This document shows positions 1-13,063 of a stretch of DNA of 64,000 nucleotides, in pieces (the first letter of the stretch is position 1; every line of letters begins with the position of its first letter). The translations under genes and the position numbers were made by a program. A model generated the notes under the pieces. The model saw nothing but the letters and a program-made list of their open reading frames with translations, was not told the DNA's origin and made no database searches. Source of the DNA: the human T2T-CHM13v2.0 reference genome, Homo sapiens; NCBI RefSeq assembly GCF_009914755.1, contig NC_060927.1; one strand, given 5' to 3'.

Positions 1-2444
1 AGTATGTTTTATGGCCATAATATTACATCTTGTAAATAATAAATTTTAAAAGCAAAAATACAGCACTTGAGTAGTGACTGGTAAAGAGGACTGACACTTT
101 CCGCCTCCATGTCTCTGTGTCTGGGCTGAAGAGGAAGGTTGTCTTTCTGTTTGCAGCCTTCTGTAACTGTCTCCTTGCTCAAAGCTCCATCAAGTCTCCT
201 TTGGTCTTCATAAATGATACTCTTTTGGGATTCATGGGTGTTATTTAGCACACTACTGCAGTTTGCTTGCCTTCCTTATTTACTAGAAAACTATGAATTA
301 CAAACATGGTTGGTATTGTAGCTTTAATGAAGAGAAAATGAAAATAATCCAGGGATATTTATCTCTGCAAAATCACTTTTTTGGCTTATTTCAGTTTACT
401 CTATGATTCTGTCTATGGATTTTTGCTAGGAAGAAAGTCAGTAATGTTTTTACCTTTGGAAGAATACCAGTTAACTAGTAATCTTCAGAACTCTGATACT
501 GGTAAGGCTTAAGTCCTCCAGACAGCACCTAATCCCAGGTCCAGCAGCTCTGACTGTAACTGTCAGTTTGCCATTTCATTCATCCTCATATATAATCTAG
601 AATACACACATGCGTGTCAAATACATCCTGTAGTTTTACCTTAAATTTTAAAATTAAATTGTCTAATGAATAGCCTTTGTAAAGGCACAAAGTTAGGACT
701 CCAATGTAGACAATGGGCTGGAAGTCCCACTTAAAACTATTTTAGCATACATATTTAATACATATTATATGTTATAATCATATCTCAAATTATTTTTCTC
801 ATACATTTTCTAGTATCCAAATACGTAGAAAGGAATGGAGTATGATATTAAAAATTATTTTCTTTCTTATCTAGCATGTTCAGTTAACAATGTATAACCA
901 AAAGAGCTAAAACAAAAGGCTATATGTACCTTTTCTGTTAATTTTTTTTGCTTTATTACAAATAAAAAGAGAATACCTGTTTTTAGTTGTTATTTTCCTA
1001 ATACAGTGGTATTTCCCAAGTCTATGAATAGCTCCTTGTAAAGATGGTTTGCCTCCCAGTGACTTCACATTAATAGCTAACAAAATTGTCATTCAATTTT
1101 CCCTCACAACTGTGAAATAAAGGTATAAAAATACAAGTTAAATTATTTCTCACAGTAATGTACTGTGTGTATCTTTGGAAAATGAAGGCTCTGTCTAGAA
1201 CTGCTTGTAAATATATAACACTACAACCATAAAAATGCATTATTTGTAGAAAACTATTATTAAATCAAATTGTTCCAAATATTGTTTTCAATAAATGCTA
1301 CTTAGCTAAAACTCCACCTCACTGACTGAAATCACATCAGTGGTAATGGAAGGGAAGAGTTGCAAACTACATCTTCAGCATCAACCCCCAGGAAGGTCAA
1401 GAGCCCAACCTTGGATTAACAGGAGGAGGCCTTCATAACTTACGAGACTCAAGAAAACACGCAAGTTGCCTGACGGTCCTAACTGTGATGAAAATCATCT
1501 ACTGAAGTGGATATTATTGTAAATCTTTGTCTACATGACAGATTTACATCTCCTTACCTCCATAAAATTCACCGTTAATGGCACAACACCTATTAAGCTG
1601 AGATATTTCTAGGTGTAGTACGTCATGGTATTTTCCTGTACAGTTTACATTATTCTTGGCATTTCACTGCCTGTCTCATGAGATGGCCAAGAAGGAAAAT
1701 ATAGTAACTTGCACTCACTTCTCAAGGACAAAATGCCATATCTTACCAGAGGAAACATTCAGAAAGTGAAAAGCAAACACTGAGAATCATAAGTTTGAAA
1801 AATGTGTCGTGTGAGAAATCTGGGGGCTTAGGGGAAAAACATTTTGTTTCATGGAATACTATTTTAATACATTACCAACTTTCCAGTTTTTAGGTTTTTC
1901 AAAAAGGGACAAATAAACATTTACAAAAGGCTTATTCTTAGAGCTGGGTATATACAGGAGAGAAAATAGGATCTTTGACACAAACTCAATCTTAGAGCTT
2001 GCACTTCTACTGTGCTTGTATAGGAAAACCCTGGGGCCTCCAAAACATTTGGGTAGCACTTTCTGACAACACATGCTGAGCAGGCTTTGTGTACCCAAGG
2101 CAATTAAAATGTCCAGGCAGTCTCTTGAGATAGTCAGCACATCGAGAACCTGGCATACTGAATAACTTCGATCTTATTCACATAAAGCCAGAGAGAAAAA
2201 TAATTTCATCTCTTATTGTACACTCTTTCTATTTTCTCTCTTAAGAGAAACAAGTCAACAGTTACAAGCCTATATTAAAATTTTTGACTAATTGTTGCAA
2301 TGTTTTTGGCCATATTGCAGGGTAGTAAATTGTATAAGCTAATGTCATTGCACCTTATGTGGGCTAAAAACACATTTAGAAAACCATATTGTAGCATTCC
2401 ACATCTGAAAGAAGTGGGTGACATTTTTCTTCCTCAAAGTTCTT

Positions 2445-2540
2445 CAGAGAGGGAACTGCCAAGTGACTAACCCAAGGTCATATTGTTAGCTAATAGTAGA
2501 ACTGGGACTGAAGAAACAGGTGTTCTTTTTGTACTCCAGA
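2445..2540 (-). mobile_element. MIR (SINE) core fragment
   Basis: aagtgactaacccaaggtcatattgttagctaatagtagaactgggactgaa resembles the antisense MIR core (aagtgacttgcccaaggtcacacagctagtaagtggcagagctggga). Confidence 0.55.
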
Positions 2541-3351
2541 GAAACTTCTCCTGAGCCCAGATAAAGTACAACCATGTTTTTTTCTCATGAAGCTAGCTGT
2601 GGGTAATATCATGTAGTAAAAATCATTGCTTCTTAGCTTTTGCTCCTTTTCACTTTGGCAAAAAGAAGCAGAGAATATGAATTATTTAAGTTTTAAGCAA
2701 ATTTTTAGAAAGAGAAGTTATATTTCTTTTGTATGTAGTGTATATTGCTGCTTGATCCATTTCTTTACTTGCAGCAACATCCCTTTCATTTTATATTAGC
2801 AATAAAGGGCTCTGTGGGAAAGCCTCATGTGCAACAATAGGGTCATTACACAACGCTTTGGATGGATGGTGTTTATTGATGCTACGAACTATTGGAAATA
2901 GCCATATAGATCTTGTAGAAGAGCCCTCTTTAAATGGCTGGTAATAGTTTCACATAATAGAGGCTCAGAAAATATTCGTTATTTGATTTGCTTCTTTTGT
3001 AGATAATTTTTGTGAACCTATATCTAAGATAATCCAGTCTGGAACATGAATAGCCTGAAAAAAATTAATATACTGAAATGTTCAACATGCATCATTTGTT
3101 TATAGGTTTTTCTACACAAGGATTTTTCTTGAGGCTGTGCTGCATGGTTTTACTAGCACTGCAAATCAGAGCAGAAAAGTTCCTATAATCTTAACTATTA
3201 GCAAGTAGTGTGTGCTTCTTTTGACTTACCAGGAAAGTACAAGAGCTTTCTGTTTAGACCATTGTCTATGAGATAACTTCCCGGCTGTCAGCTAAGTCAT
3301 ATTAAACCCACTAAGGCAGAGACTCTTTGGCTCTGCTGGGTGGAACATTGT

Positions 3352-4116
3352 TGTTATGGACTGAATGTTTGCATACCCCCAAATTCATATACTGAAAGCT
3401 CAACTCTCAATATGACTGTATTTGAAGACAATTATGAAGGTAATTAATGTTAAATGAGTTCATAAGGGTGGGCCCTGATAAAACAGAATTAGCATCCTTA
3501 CAAGAAGAGAATACTATTTAGTCATAAAAAGGAGTAAAATTATGTTTTTTGCAGCAATATGGATGGAACTGGAGGCCATGATCTTAAGTGAAACAACTCA
3601 GACATAGATAAAAAAAAAAAAAAACACTTCATCTTCTCACCTATGTGTGGTAGTTCAATAATGTGTACACGTGGATGTAGAGTGTGGGATAATGGACAAT
3701 GAAGACCCAGAAGGATGAGGGAGTAGGAGAGGGATGGATGATTAGAAATTATTTAACAGGTACAATGTCCATTATCTGGGTGATTGATATTCTTAAAGCC
3801 CTGACTTCCCCACTGTGCAGTCTGTGCATGTAACAAAATTATGCTTGTACCACATACATTTATACAAATATATATATTATTTATATATTTATATAAGTAT
3901 ATATATTTATATTTATATATATATATTTTTAAAAGAAGAGATACCAGAGAATTCACCTTCTGTCTTCACCATGTGAAGATCACCACAAGAAACCAACCCT
4001 GCCAGACTTCGATCTTGAACTCCAGCTTCCAGAACTATAAAAAATAAGTATCTATGGTTTCAGCCAGCCACCCAGTCTGTGGTATTTTGTTATGTCAGAC
4101 AGAGCTAACTGATACA
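3352..4116 (+). mobile_element. MLT1B-like MaLR solo LTR, split by an L1 insertion at 3511-3932
   Basis: Starts tgttatggactgaatg...cccccaaattcatat, contains aggtaattaatgttaaatgagttcataagggtggg, ends ggtattttgttatg...gctaactgataca; TG...CA termini. Confidence 0.8.
3511..3932 (+). mobile_element. 5'-truncated L1 3' end (L1PB4-like) with tail decayed to (TA)n
   Basis: ORF2 end (ggatggaactggaggccatgatcttaagtgaaacaactcag) and L1PB-type 3'UTR (aaagccctgacttccccact...catgtaacaaaatt); TSD aagaagaga at 3502-3510 and 3933-3941. Confidence 0.85.
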
Positions 4117-5828
4117 ATTACTTTTTAAAACAAAGTCACAGCGTGATAAATCAACAAACATTTTTTGAAAACAACTATATGCTTAAAGCTTTTAAAAAAT
4201 TAAACTGTTGTCTCTTTAATATAAAAATATTCATGGGAAATCAAAAAAATAACACATGCAAACTATAAAAATTAATGCATGATACTCTTTCCACTAGCCC
4301 AATTCCTTGGTAGACCAACTAAAAAAAAATTACAAGTTTAAATAGAGTTAATTATTTAAGGACTGATCATGTCATGCGAGTTCTAATATGCTCACTCAGA
4401 TTTCTTTTAGTTTTGCCCTTTGGACCAACCACATCCTTGCAAAAGGCCTCAAAAATAGCTACTGCTTCCATAACAGCCATTCAGAGTCAGTAATGTTGAG
4501 TTTCTCCAAGATGTGAATTATGTTTTCATAGCAGAAAACACTAATTTAAGTTGAAACATGTTGGAAAATGTCATTTCCTTTGCAAACCAAACAAATTAAG
4601 AGGAAGAAAAATATCACTTAGTGGAATTCAGAGCTTGTTGTGAAATTTTGAAAGAGTTCTAGAAATTTGGCAAAACCTAAAGTATTGCTTGGCATTTATA
4701 CCCTGGGATGAGTATTTTAGGCGTCCACATTAAACTTGTTGATAGATATATACTGAGAATGTGTTAACTTGGTGATATTTCTATTTCTTACTATAAATAC
4801 TGTCTTACAAGCTAAAGATTTGTCTCATATAAAACCTATTCAAGTTACTGTGTCATGCAGATGAAAGGTTTATGTTTACTACATATTAAAACAATCATGG
4901 TCATATGCCCATAGGATTCAGTATACCCAAGTTTTTGTAAAATTAAACATAGAAAACCAAAATTTACTTGTGTGATAGATTTCAAGGTTACCACTATGTT
5001 ACATTTCATCTACTGATTGAAGAAAAAATGGCAAGTCATAAAAGTTAAAATGCAGGAAGTCTACTAAAAAGTTCTTTTTTCATTTCGTAGAAGATAAGTG
5101 TGTTTAAATGCTATATGTAGTTACTTGAGCCACTACTAAATTTAGTTATACATCTTCATTTTATATAGGTTGGGCTACTGGGTTCTGCTAATATCTCAAT
5201 TTTTATATAAGATATTGGAAAAGTCAATTTGCAGCTCAGACAAGATGGAATAGAAGGAAACATGGCAGTCTTTGTGGAGATCATATGGAGGTAGAAACCA
5301 TTATTACTCAGATGACATAAATCTGTATTTTGAAGCCAAAGTTCTAAATTTAAAACGTTTTTATTACTGGTATTTGAATTCTAATCCTATAATCTTCAAC
5401 TACTACAATTCCTGAAGGCTTCTCCTCTCTATATTTGCTAAATAAAATAAAATATGTATAACATCTAGTATAGTACTTGCAAAAATGTAATTTCCTTTTC
5501 CTTCTTCTTAACCGAGGACCAGGAGTGGGGAAAAGTAACACTTATACCTGCTTTGGCTGCAGTATGGCCATTGATCAACTCTGAAATTTGGTGGTTATAC
5601 AGAAGGGAAAGCAATGGAAAGAAGGCAGGCTAGGACTAGTATCTATGATCTAGGAGAAAGAGCACCTGACTTCAGAATCTTTTGGATAACAACTTTGGAA
5701 TCAAAACAATTCCTAGCATGCAGTAGAAACAGACAATGATTTGTTGAATAAACAAACTGATAGATACATAAGGATAAGTGTCAAGATATGCTTAGTGTTG
5801 ACCAAGTAAGCCAGAAACAGAAGACAAT

Positions 5829-6220
5829 GAGTATATTGTTAGGCTGCCATAACAACACAATGCCACAGACTGGGTGGCTTAAATTACAGAAATTTATTTT
5901 CTCACAGTTCTGGATGCTAAAAGTCCAAGATCAAGGTGCCATTGGCATTGGTGTCGGTGAGGCCTCTCTTTCTGGCTTGCAGGCAAATGCCTTCTTGCTG
6001 GGTCCTAATATGGCCTTCCCTCTGTGTGCACATGGAAGAAGACCAATCACTAGGTCTCTTCCTCTTCTTGTAAGGATACCAGTCCTCTCAGATTAGGGCC
6101 CCACCCTAAGACATCATTTACCCATAATCACTTTCTTAAAGGCCCTATGTACAAATACTCACATTGGTGATTAGGGCTTCAACATGTACATTTTGGTGGT
6201 ACACAATTCAGTCCATAATA
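5829..6220 (-). mobile_element. MLT1B/C-like MaLR solo LTR
   Basis: ggctgccataaca...ccacagactgggtggcttaaa...tttattttctcacagttctgga...aagtccaagatcaaggtg...ttagggcttcaacatg...cacaattcagtccataata. Confidence 0.85.
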
Positions 6221-8409
6221 TGGAAAGACACTGAGATTATAAGGAATATGAAGTATATCCTTTGGGCAGCTGTTGTCTAGTAACCACTTTAATTATCTTT
6301 ATATCCTTCACCTTGAAGACTAGTTTTAGAATCACAGGTCTACTCCAATCTAATAGCTGCAGTGTGAAGATATAAGGAATTTGAAGTCGTTCAATGTATG
6401 TATAATATGTTTCAAGCTTTCAAATTTGAGACTACAAATAAAAATTCTCTTTAGGGTGGCCTACAGATTTTGCTGTAGTTAAATTCCTTCACAATATTTC
6501 CCCAAAACAACAACACACAAGCCAAAAACACACTTACCTAAATTCCGTGTTTGATTAAATAAAACCTATCTCATAGTCTGTTTGAACTTTACTTGAATAT
6601 GACTGATTCAAAGGAAAAGAACTGAGTAGCTGTGAATTTTATATTCCCAGCTATTTAGCAACACTTATTGATCAATTAAAAGATTGTATAATTTAATACA
6701 AATTCAATTTTATGTGAATGATGCAGCAAAATGTTAAGGCATTACACAGTGACTTTGCTATATTATTTATAATTCTCTCTGTAATCTTCACTTTTATTTT
6801 TAAATTAAAAGAACATCGTGGCTACAAGGTGTTTAACTTTGTATTCTAACAAATTCCCTGGGCCACTTAGTTTTGTTATTATTCACAAAACATATATTAT
6901 TGATGTAAAATAATACACCTTGAACACTTCAGATTATATTAAACTCCAAAGCCATATCTGGTAAAGGTGATTACCAGTGTTATATAAAAATATTACAATT
7001 AGCATTTCAGGATGAGTTGAAAACATGTGATTGCTTGAAGTAATTTGTTGAATAAATTTAGAAGAAATAGCAATGTTGATTCATATGTGGCTTTATTTTC
7101 ATATTTTCTTCTGAATGTGCTTTGTTGAATTATAATTTTAACCTATAAATCTTGCAGATAAATTATTGTTGTTCTTAGACTATTCAGGTAGCTGGATTAT
7201 TACTAATCTAATGTTGTTTGTTTTACATGAGATATGTATTTTTATAAAAGCATATGCATTTTTTTGTCACAGATGACAAAAGTATCAGGGCATGGGATTA
7301 TTACCTAGAGGATTAAAAAGAAGTTTCTCTTTCTTCAACATTGTAATATATTTAATTTCTTCTATTTCTTTTTTCTCCTTCCTCTTTTCCTTTTTTTCTT
7401 CCACTTGCTAATTGTAGTAGCTTAACCTTGCTAATAGTAGTTTGTTATTTCCCATTCCTCACACACCAGCATCTAAAGTGCACGTATTTCCCTGAATCAT
7501 TCGCAAATCATTTGCTTTAAAGTGTTCTTTTTTGTCTCCTTCTCTTGCACACACATGCAAAGGAATATGTAGAAATAGCTAGGTACTTACTTTCAGGCCA
7601 TTTTCAAGCAAATTTTGAATAATAGCAGAAGATTGCTATTTGACACTAAATAGCATGTGAGTTGATTTTCTTCTGTCTTCATGAATAGGAGGATGATGTT
7701 AGCTGAACATGAACTCTGACATGCATAAAACTTTTCATCTGTAGTTAGTGTAACCTCCTCCCCAATCCTACCTTTTGATTAACCACTGAGCTATGGTGTT
7801 TTTGCAATGCTGTCAGAATTACAGTTTTTGAAATAGAAATGCTAGGATATACACTACTTGGATGTATGTGTTTGAGACCAGAGGAGAGTTTCTACTGCTT
7901 TTCCTTTCATTGTAGTGTGGTGGTTTCCCAGGAGATTAAATGACAACACAAGAGCATATAGTATTAGAGGAGATGCTGCATTTTACTTTAAAATTTTTAT
8001 TTTATTGCTTAATTTAATTTTACTTTTACTGTGCATAGGCCACTCTGGGAAGTAGTATTTGGTCAAAGCCATGATGTTATGTTCACTCCTGTGAACTTTG
8101 TTCTATGAGCTCAATTATAATGATAGCAGTCCAGTGATTACAGCTTCAGAGTTTCTAGAAAGCTGTATTTGTGGGGCATGTTGCATGACAGCATCCAGAA
8201 TATATAAATATGATCTGGTTTCCTTTAAGTGCTCTGCTAATTTTGCTTGATGATGCTCAAAGCTAAGACCACTATAATTATAGAATTTTAGATCCACTAG
8301 AATGATAGGACTTTTATACCTGGGAAAAATTTGAAAATATTTACATCAAAATTGTTCAATTAGTGTTCTATGGAAAGCCATACCCATGAGATGTTGTAGT
8401 CATAAAGAC

Positions 8410-8900
8410 ACTTTGAGTAATAACAGACAGAAATCTAAGTCAAGGAAATAAACTATTGATTGAAAGAAAAATTATGTAACTTTCAAAGGAAGGGAGGGCG
8501 GCTTTGCAGATCTCAGACACTGGAACTGGAGACTCAGTATTGGCAAGATTGTTTCTTGCAGTCTTATTTGTACCTTTCTGTGGGTGTAGGCTCCAGTCTT
8601 TTAGATTCTTCTACATGAAAACATTTCTCCAAAGAGCAAGAGATAAAAGGAATTTTCACTAAAATCTCCACATAGAAAAATACTGAGGAAAGTCTCTTAC
8701 TGGAGTAGTTACAGCCATGTGATCATCAGGAAAAATCTTTGGGCCAGAAGGATGAGGTGCCAAGATCAGTCATGAGTGGATTATGTATTTGTGTCTGTGG
8801 CCAGAAAAGTAGGCCAAGATATTTGGCCGTTCAATGAGAAAGACAAAGTTCTAGTCACTAAGGGGAAGAAGGTGGTTATAGGTAGCAAAAATGTCAAATG
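8410..8900 (-). mobile_element. Ancient MaLR LTR relic (MLT1J/K/L-like)
   Basis: Degenerate MLT1-type antisense motifs (aacagacagaaatctaagtc...; gccatgtgatcatc...tgggccagaaggatgagg...tgtggccag). Confidence 0.35.
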
Positions 8901-8962
8901 TCTGTAAGAGTCCATGCTGTGAATGTAAAGTACCTACATCTATTTTTCCATGTGTATAATTT

Positions 8963-11742
8963 TTTGTTGTTGTTCTACAGTAATTCTAATTAATTCTTAT
9001 TTTTATTTATATTATTTTTGATTGACAAATCATATGGCTTATATTTATGGGGTATAACTTGATGTTTTGATATATGTATGCAATGTGGATTGATTAAATC
9101 AAACTAACATATCCATCTGCTTGCTTACCCATCATTTTTAAGATGAGACATTTGAAATACACTTTTAGTTATTTTGAAATATATAATACATTATTATAAA
9201 CTGTAGTCACCCTGCTGAACAACAGATCTTCAAATCTATTCCTCTTGTCTACCTAAAACTTTGTACACTTTAATCAACAACTCCCCATTCTTTTCCTCTC
9301 TACCTACCCAGGCTCTAGTAGCCATTATTGTATTCTCTACTTCTATGAGTTCAACTTTTTTAGGTTTTACATATAAGTGAAGTCATGTCATATTTGTCTT
9401 TCTGTGCCTGGCATATTTCACTTAGCATAATGTCATCCAGGTTCATCCATGTTGTCACATATGATAAGATATCCCTCCTTTTTAAGGCTGAATAGTATTC
9501 CATTGTGTATATATGCACTACATCTTCTTTATCCATTCTTCTACTAATGAACATTTTGATCAATTCTGTATCTTGATCATTCTGAATAATGCTGTAATAA
9601 AAAATGGAAGTGCAGATATCTGTTTAACACATTGATTTCAATCTCTCTGGATATATATCCAGAAGTAGAATTACTAAATCATATAGTTATGCCATTTTTA
9701 GTTTTATGAGGACCCTCCATACCTTTTTCATAGTGGCTACTAATTTACATTCTGACCAGCAAATGCACAAGAGTTAGTTTCCTCTGTACCCTCAACAACA
9801 TTTATCTTTCATTTTTATTTTGATAAAAGTCATTCTAAAAGGTTTAAAGAAATATCTCATTGTAAGTTTAACTTTGTTTCCCTAATCATTAGTTATGATG
9901 AGCATTTTTTATGTACCTACTGGCCATTTGTATGTCTTCTTTTGAGCAACGTCTTTTCAGTTCCTTTTTCCATTTTTTTAAATGGGTTATTTGTTTCCTT
10001 GTCATTGAGTTGTTTAAGTTTCTGATGTATTCTGCATATTAATCCCTTATCAGATGTATGGCTTGCAACTATTTTTCCCATTCTCTGGGTTGTTTCTTCA
10101 CTTTGTTAGTTATTTGCTTTGCTGGGCAGAAGCTTTTTAGTATAGTGCCATCTCATTTGTCTCTTTTTGCTTTTGTTGCCTGTACTTTTGGAGTTCTTTC
10201 CAAAAAGTCACTGCCCAGACCAGTGTTTTAGAGCTTTTCTCCTATATCTTATTTTATACTTTCAGGTTCCATGTTTAAATTTTAATCCATGTTAAGGTGA
10301 TTTTTATATATGGTGTGAGACAAGAATTCAATTTCTTCCTTTTGCAGGTGTATATCCAATTTTCCCAATGGCATTTATTGAACAGACTGTTCTTTTCCTA
10401 TTGCATGATCTTGGCATCTTTGTCAGAAATCAGTTGACCATAAATGCACGAATTTATTCCTGGGGCTTTTATACTGTTCCATTGGTCATGTGGGTCTGTT
10501 TTTATGCCAGTACCATGCTATTTTATAATATGTTTTGAAACTAGGAAGAGGGATGTCTTCAGCTTTGTTCTTTTCAGTAAAGATTTTTATGACTATTCAG
10601 ACTTTTTGTGGTTCCATACAATTTGATTACTTTATTATATTTCTCTGAAAAATCACATTAGAATTTTGATAGGGATTGCATTGAATCTGTAGTTCATTTT
10701 GAGTAGTATGAATATTTTCACAATACTAAATCTCCCACTCCATGAACATGGAATATCTTTCCATTTATTTGTGTTTTGTGTAACTTCTTTCATCAATGTT
10801 TTGTAGTTTTCAATATACAGGTCTTTTATCTTCTTAATTAAATTTACAACAAAGCATTTAATCTTTTTGTTGCCATTATAAATGAAATTGTTTTATTAAT
10901 TTTGTTTTTGGATGGTTCATTATTAGTATATAGAAACATTATTGATTTTTGCATGTCACTTTTGTATCCTGCAACTTAATCCATTTATCAATCCAAAAAC
11001 ATTTTTTTTTTATTTTTGATGAAGATTTTAGGGTTTTCTACATATAAGATCTTGTCATCATCAAATAGAGACAATTTTACTTCTTACTTTCTTATTAGGA
11101 TGCATCTTATTTCTCTCTCTTGCCTAATTTCTCCGGCTAAGACTTCTAGTAGTATGGTGAAAAGAATTGGCGAGAGAGAGCATTCTTGTTTTGTTTCTGA
11201 TGGAAAAATATTCAGCTTTTCACTATTGAAAATGAAATTAGTTATGAGTTTGTAAAGATGGCCTTTATTGTGTTGAGGCGCATTACCTCTATACCTAATC
11301 TGTTGAGAGTTTTTATTATGAAAGGGTGTGGAATTCTGTCAAATGCTTTTGCTGCATTTATTGAGATGATTACATAATTTTTATCCTTTATTTTATTACT
11401 ATGGTGTATCAATTCTTCCTGTAAGGGGCCCCAGAATCATGGGGAAGCTGAATGTCTACTTTCATCTTACTTTTCCCACTGTAGAAACTGGAGGTCCAGG
11501 GGAATCGTCTGTGTGGCACTGTGCTGACTTGAAGGAGGGATAGCATGGTGAAAGGCAACCATTTCTTTTACTCTTGGGACATGGCTTTTCTCAAATTTCT
11601 GCAGTTCAAGGCAGTGTGTTGTTTCAGCCTCACTTCCTAATTCTGAGATATTCACAAAGGTATCCTTTGTCTGTAAATAGTTGCTGGTTCGAGGGCAGTG
11701 AAGCCACAGTACTCCTATTCCACCATTTTTCTGACACCACTC
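8963..11742 (-). mobile_element. L1MA (MA6-8-like) element: 5'UTR start fused to the 3' half of ORF2 plus 3'UTR
   Basis: 3'UTR at about 9015-9360; ORF2 C-terminal peptide in the ORF track (YTMEYYSALKRRDILSYVTTWMNLDDIMLSEICQAQKDKY); ORF2 continues to about 11411; L1 5' end (minus strand gagtggtgtcagaaaaatggtggaatagga) at 11412-11742; 16-bp TSD at 8947-8962 and 11743-11758. Confidence 0.85.
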
Positions 11743-11998
11743 TCCACATGTATAATTTCAAAAGGATTCCTGTGTTATATTCAGTTGCTTTATGTGTAAT
11801 CACAAACTCTCCTACCCTTTCCCATATAGGTGACAAGCAAAAAAAGAATCCAACTTTACATCTAGAATGTCTGGGCAATGCGATATCTTCTCATTCAAGT
11901 TTAGATGTGGTTAGCTGACTCATGTATAGAGTGGTACTTTTGACTACCCAATACTCACAACGTACAATGAAGAGCTAAACTTTTTTTTACAGGCAAGG

Positions 11999-12216
11999 CA
12001 GGGCTTCTCACAGTGGCCCTATTGATATTTTGGGTTGATTAATTATTTCTTCTTGGGGATTTTCCTGTGTATTTTCATATGTTTTGTAGCATCCCTGGCC
12101 TCTATCCATTGAATGTCAGTAGCCCCCTTCCACCAAACTCGTGACATAAACAATGTCTCCAAACATTGCCAAATACCTTCTGAGGGGCGAAATCTCCCAT
12201 AACCAAAAACCACTGA
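11999..12216 (-). mobile_element. MER20 (hAT-Charlie) DNA transposon
   Basis: cagggcttctca...gcatccctggcctctatcca...aatgtctccaaacattgccaaat...aaccactg matches reverse-complement MER20 with CAG...CTG termini. Confidence 0.85.
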
Positions 12217-12289
12217 AATAAGGAGAAAATGTGAAGAAATATAGAGCTGTCAAGAGTCCAAAACCATTACATAATTATTAGAGTGGAGC

Positions 12290-12520
12290 TGTTACAGTGG
12301 CTAGCCCTGGAGTCAAATTCTTTCGGTTTGGATTCTTACCCTTACAAATTTTCTAACTGTGAGCAATGCCCTTAACTTTTTGTAAGCATGTTTTCTTTTC
12401 TTCAAACCAACATAGTGATAGGAACTATCTCATGAGTTGTTTTGAGGATTCAATGAGCCCTTAATACAATGCCTGCATACAATGAGTGCATGTCCCATTA
12501 ATGTTAGCTTTCATTATTAT
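12290..12520 (+). mobile_element. MIR
   Basis: ccctggagtcaaa...tctcatgagttgttttgaggattcaatgag...attaatgttagctttcattattat. Confidence 0.65.
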
Positions 12521-12817
12521 CAAGCTAGGCTGGGACACTGAGAAGTATCCACATATTTACTCACTTTCCTGAAAGTGGTATGATTTATTTGGTCAGAAAT
12601 TTTGGTGTCCTTGTTATACCCAAAAGGAAAAATTTGAAAAAATTCAATTTTGCAAGGTTCTTTATAGACATATCTGCAGGGGTATTTATGAGGCTTCACC
12701 AACTGTGGGATGGTCTACCTCTGGAGGAAAATTCTGTCACAACCATGCAGATTGCCTCTGCAGTTAAATAATAAGGCACCATTGTTTACCAAGCCTGTGG
12801 TTTCTTTTTCAATAAAT

Positions 12818-12884
12818 CTTTCCTCCCTCTCTCTCCCCCGACTTTCTTTCTTTCTCTCTCTTTTTCTTTCTTTCTTTCCTTCCT

Positions 12885-12947
<63 letters not shown>

Positions 12948-13063
12948 CTTTTTTTCTTTCTTTTCTTTCTTTTTCTTTCTTTCTTTTTTCCTTCCTTCCT
13001 TATTTTCTCTTGTCCTCCTACTCTTTGTTCTTCTCTCCTTTTTTTTTCTTCTTCTCACTTTCT
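12818..13063 (+). repeat. Compound polypyrimidine microsatellite with a perfect (TTTC)n core
   Basis: About 245 bp almost purely C/T; uninterrupted TTTC run at about 12885-12945. Confidence 0.97.

Noticed and set aside
9-251. 80-aa minus-strand ORF
   Set aside because: Non-ATG start, no recognisable homology, no convincing splice context
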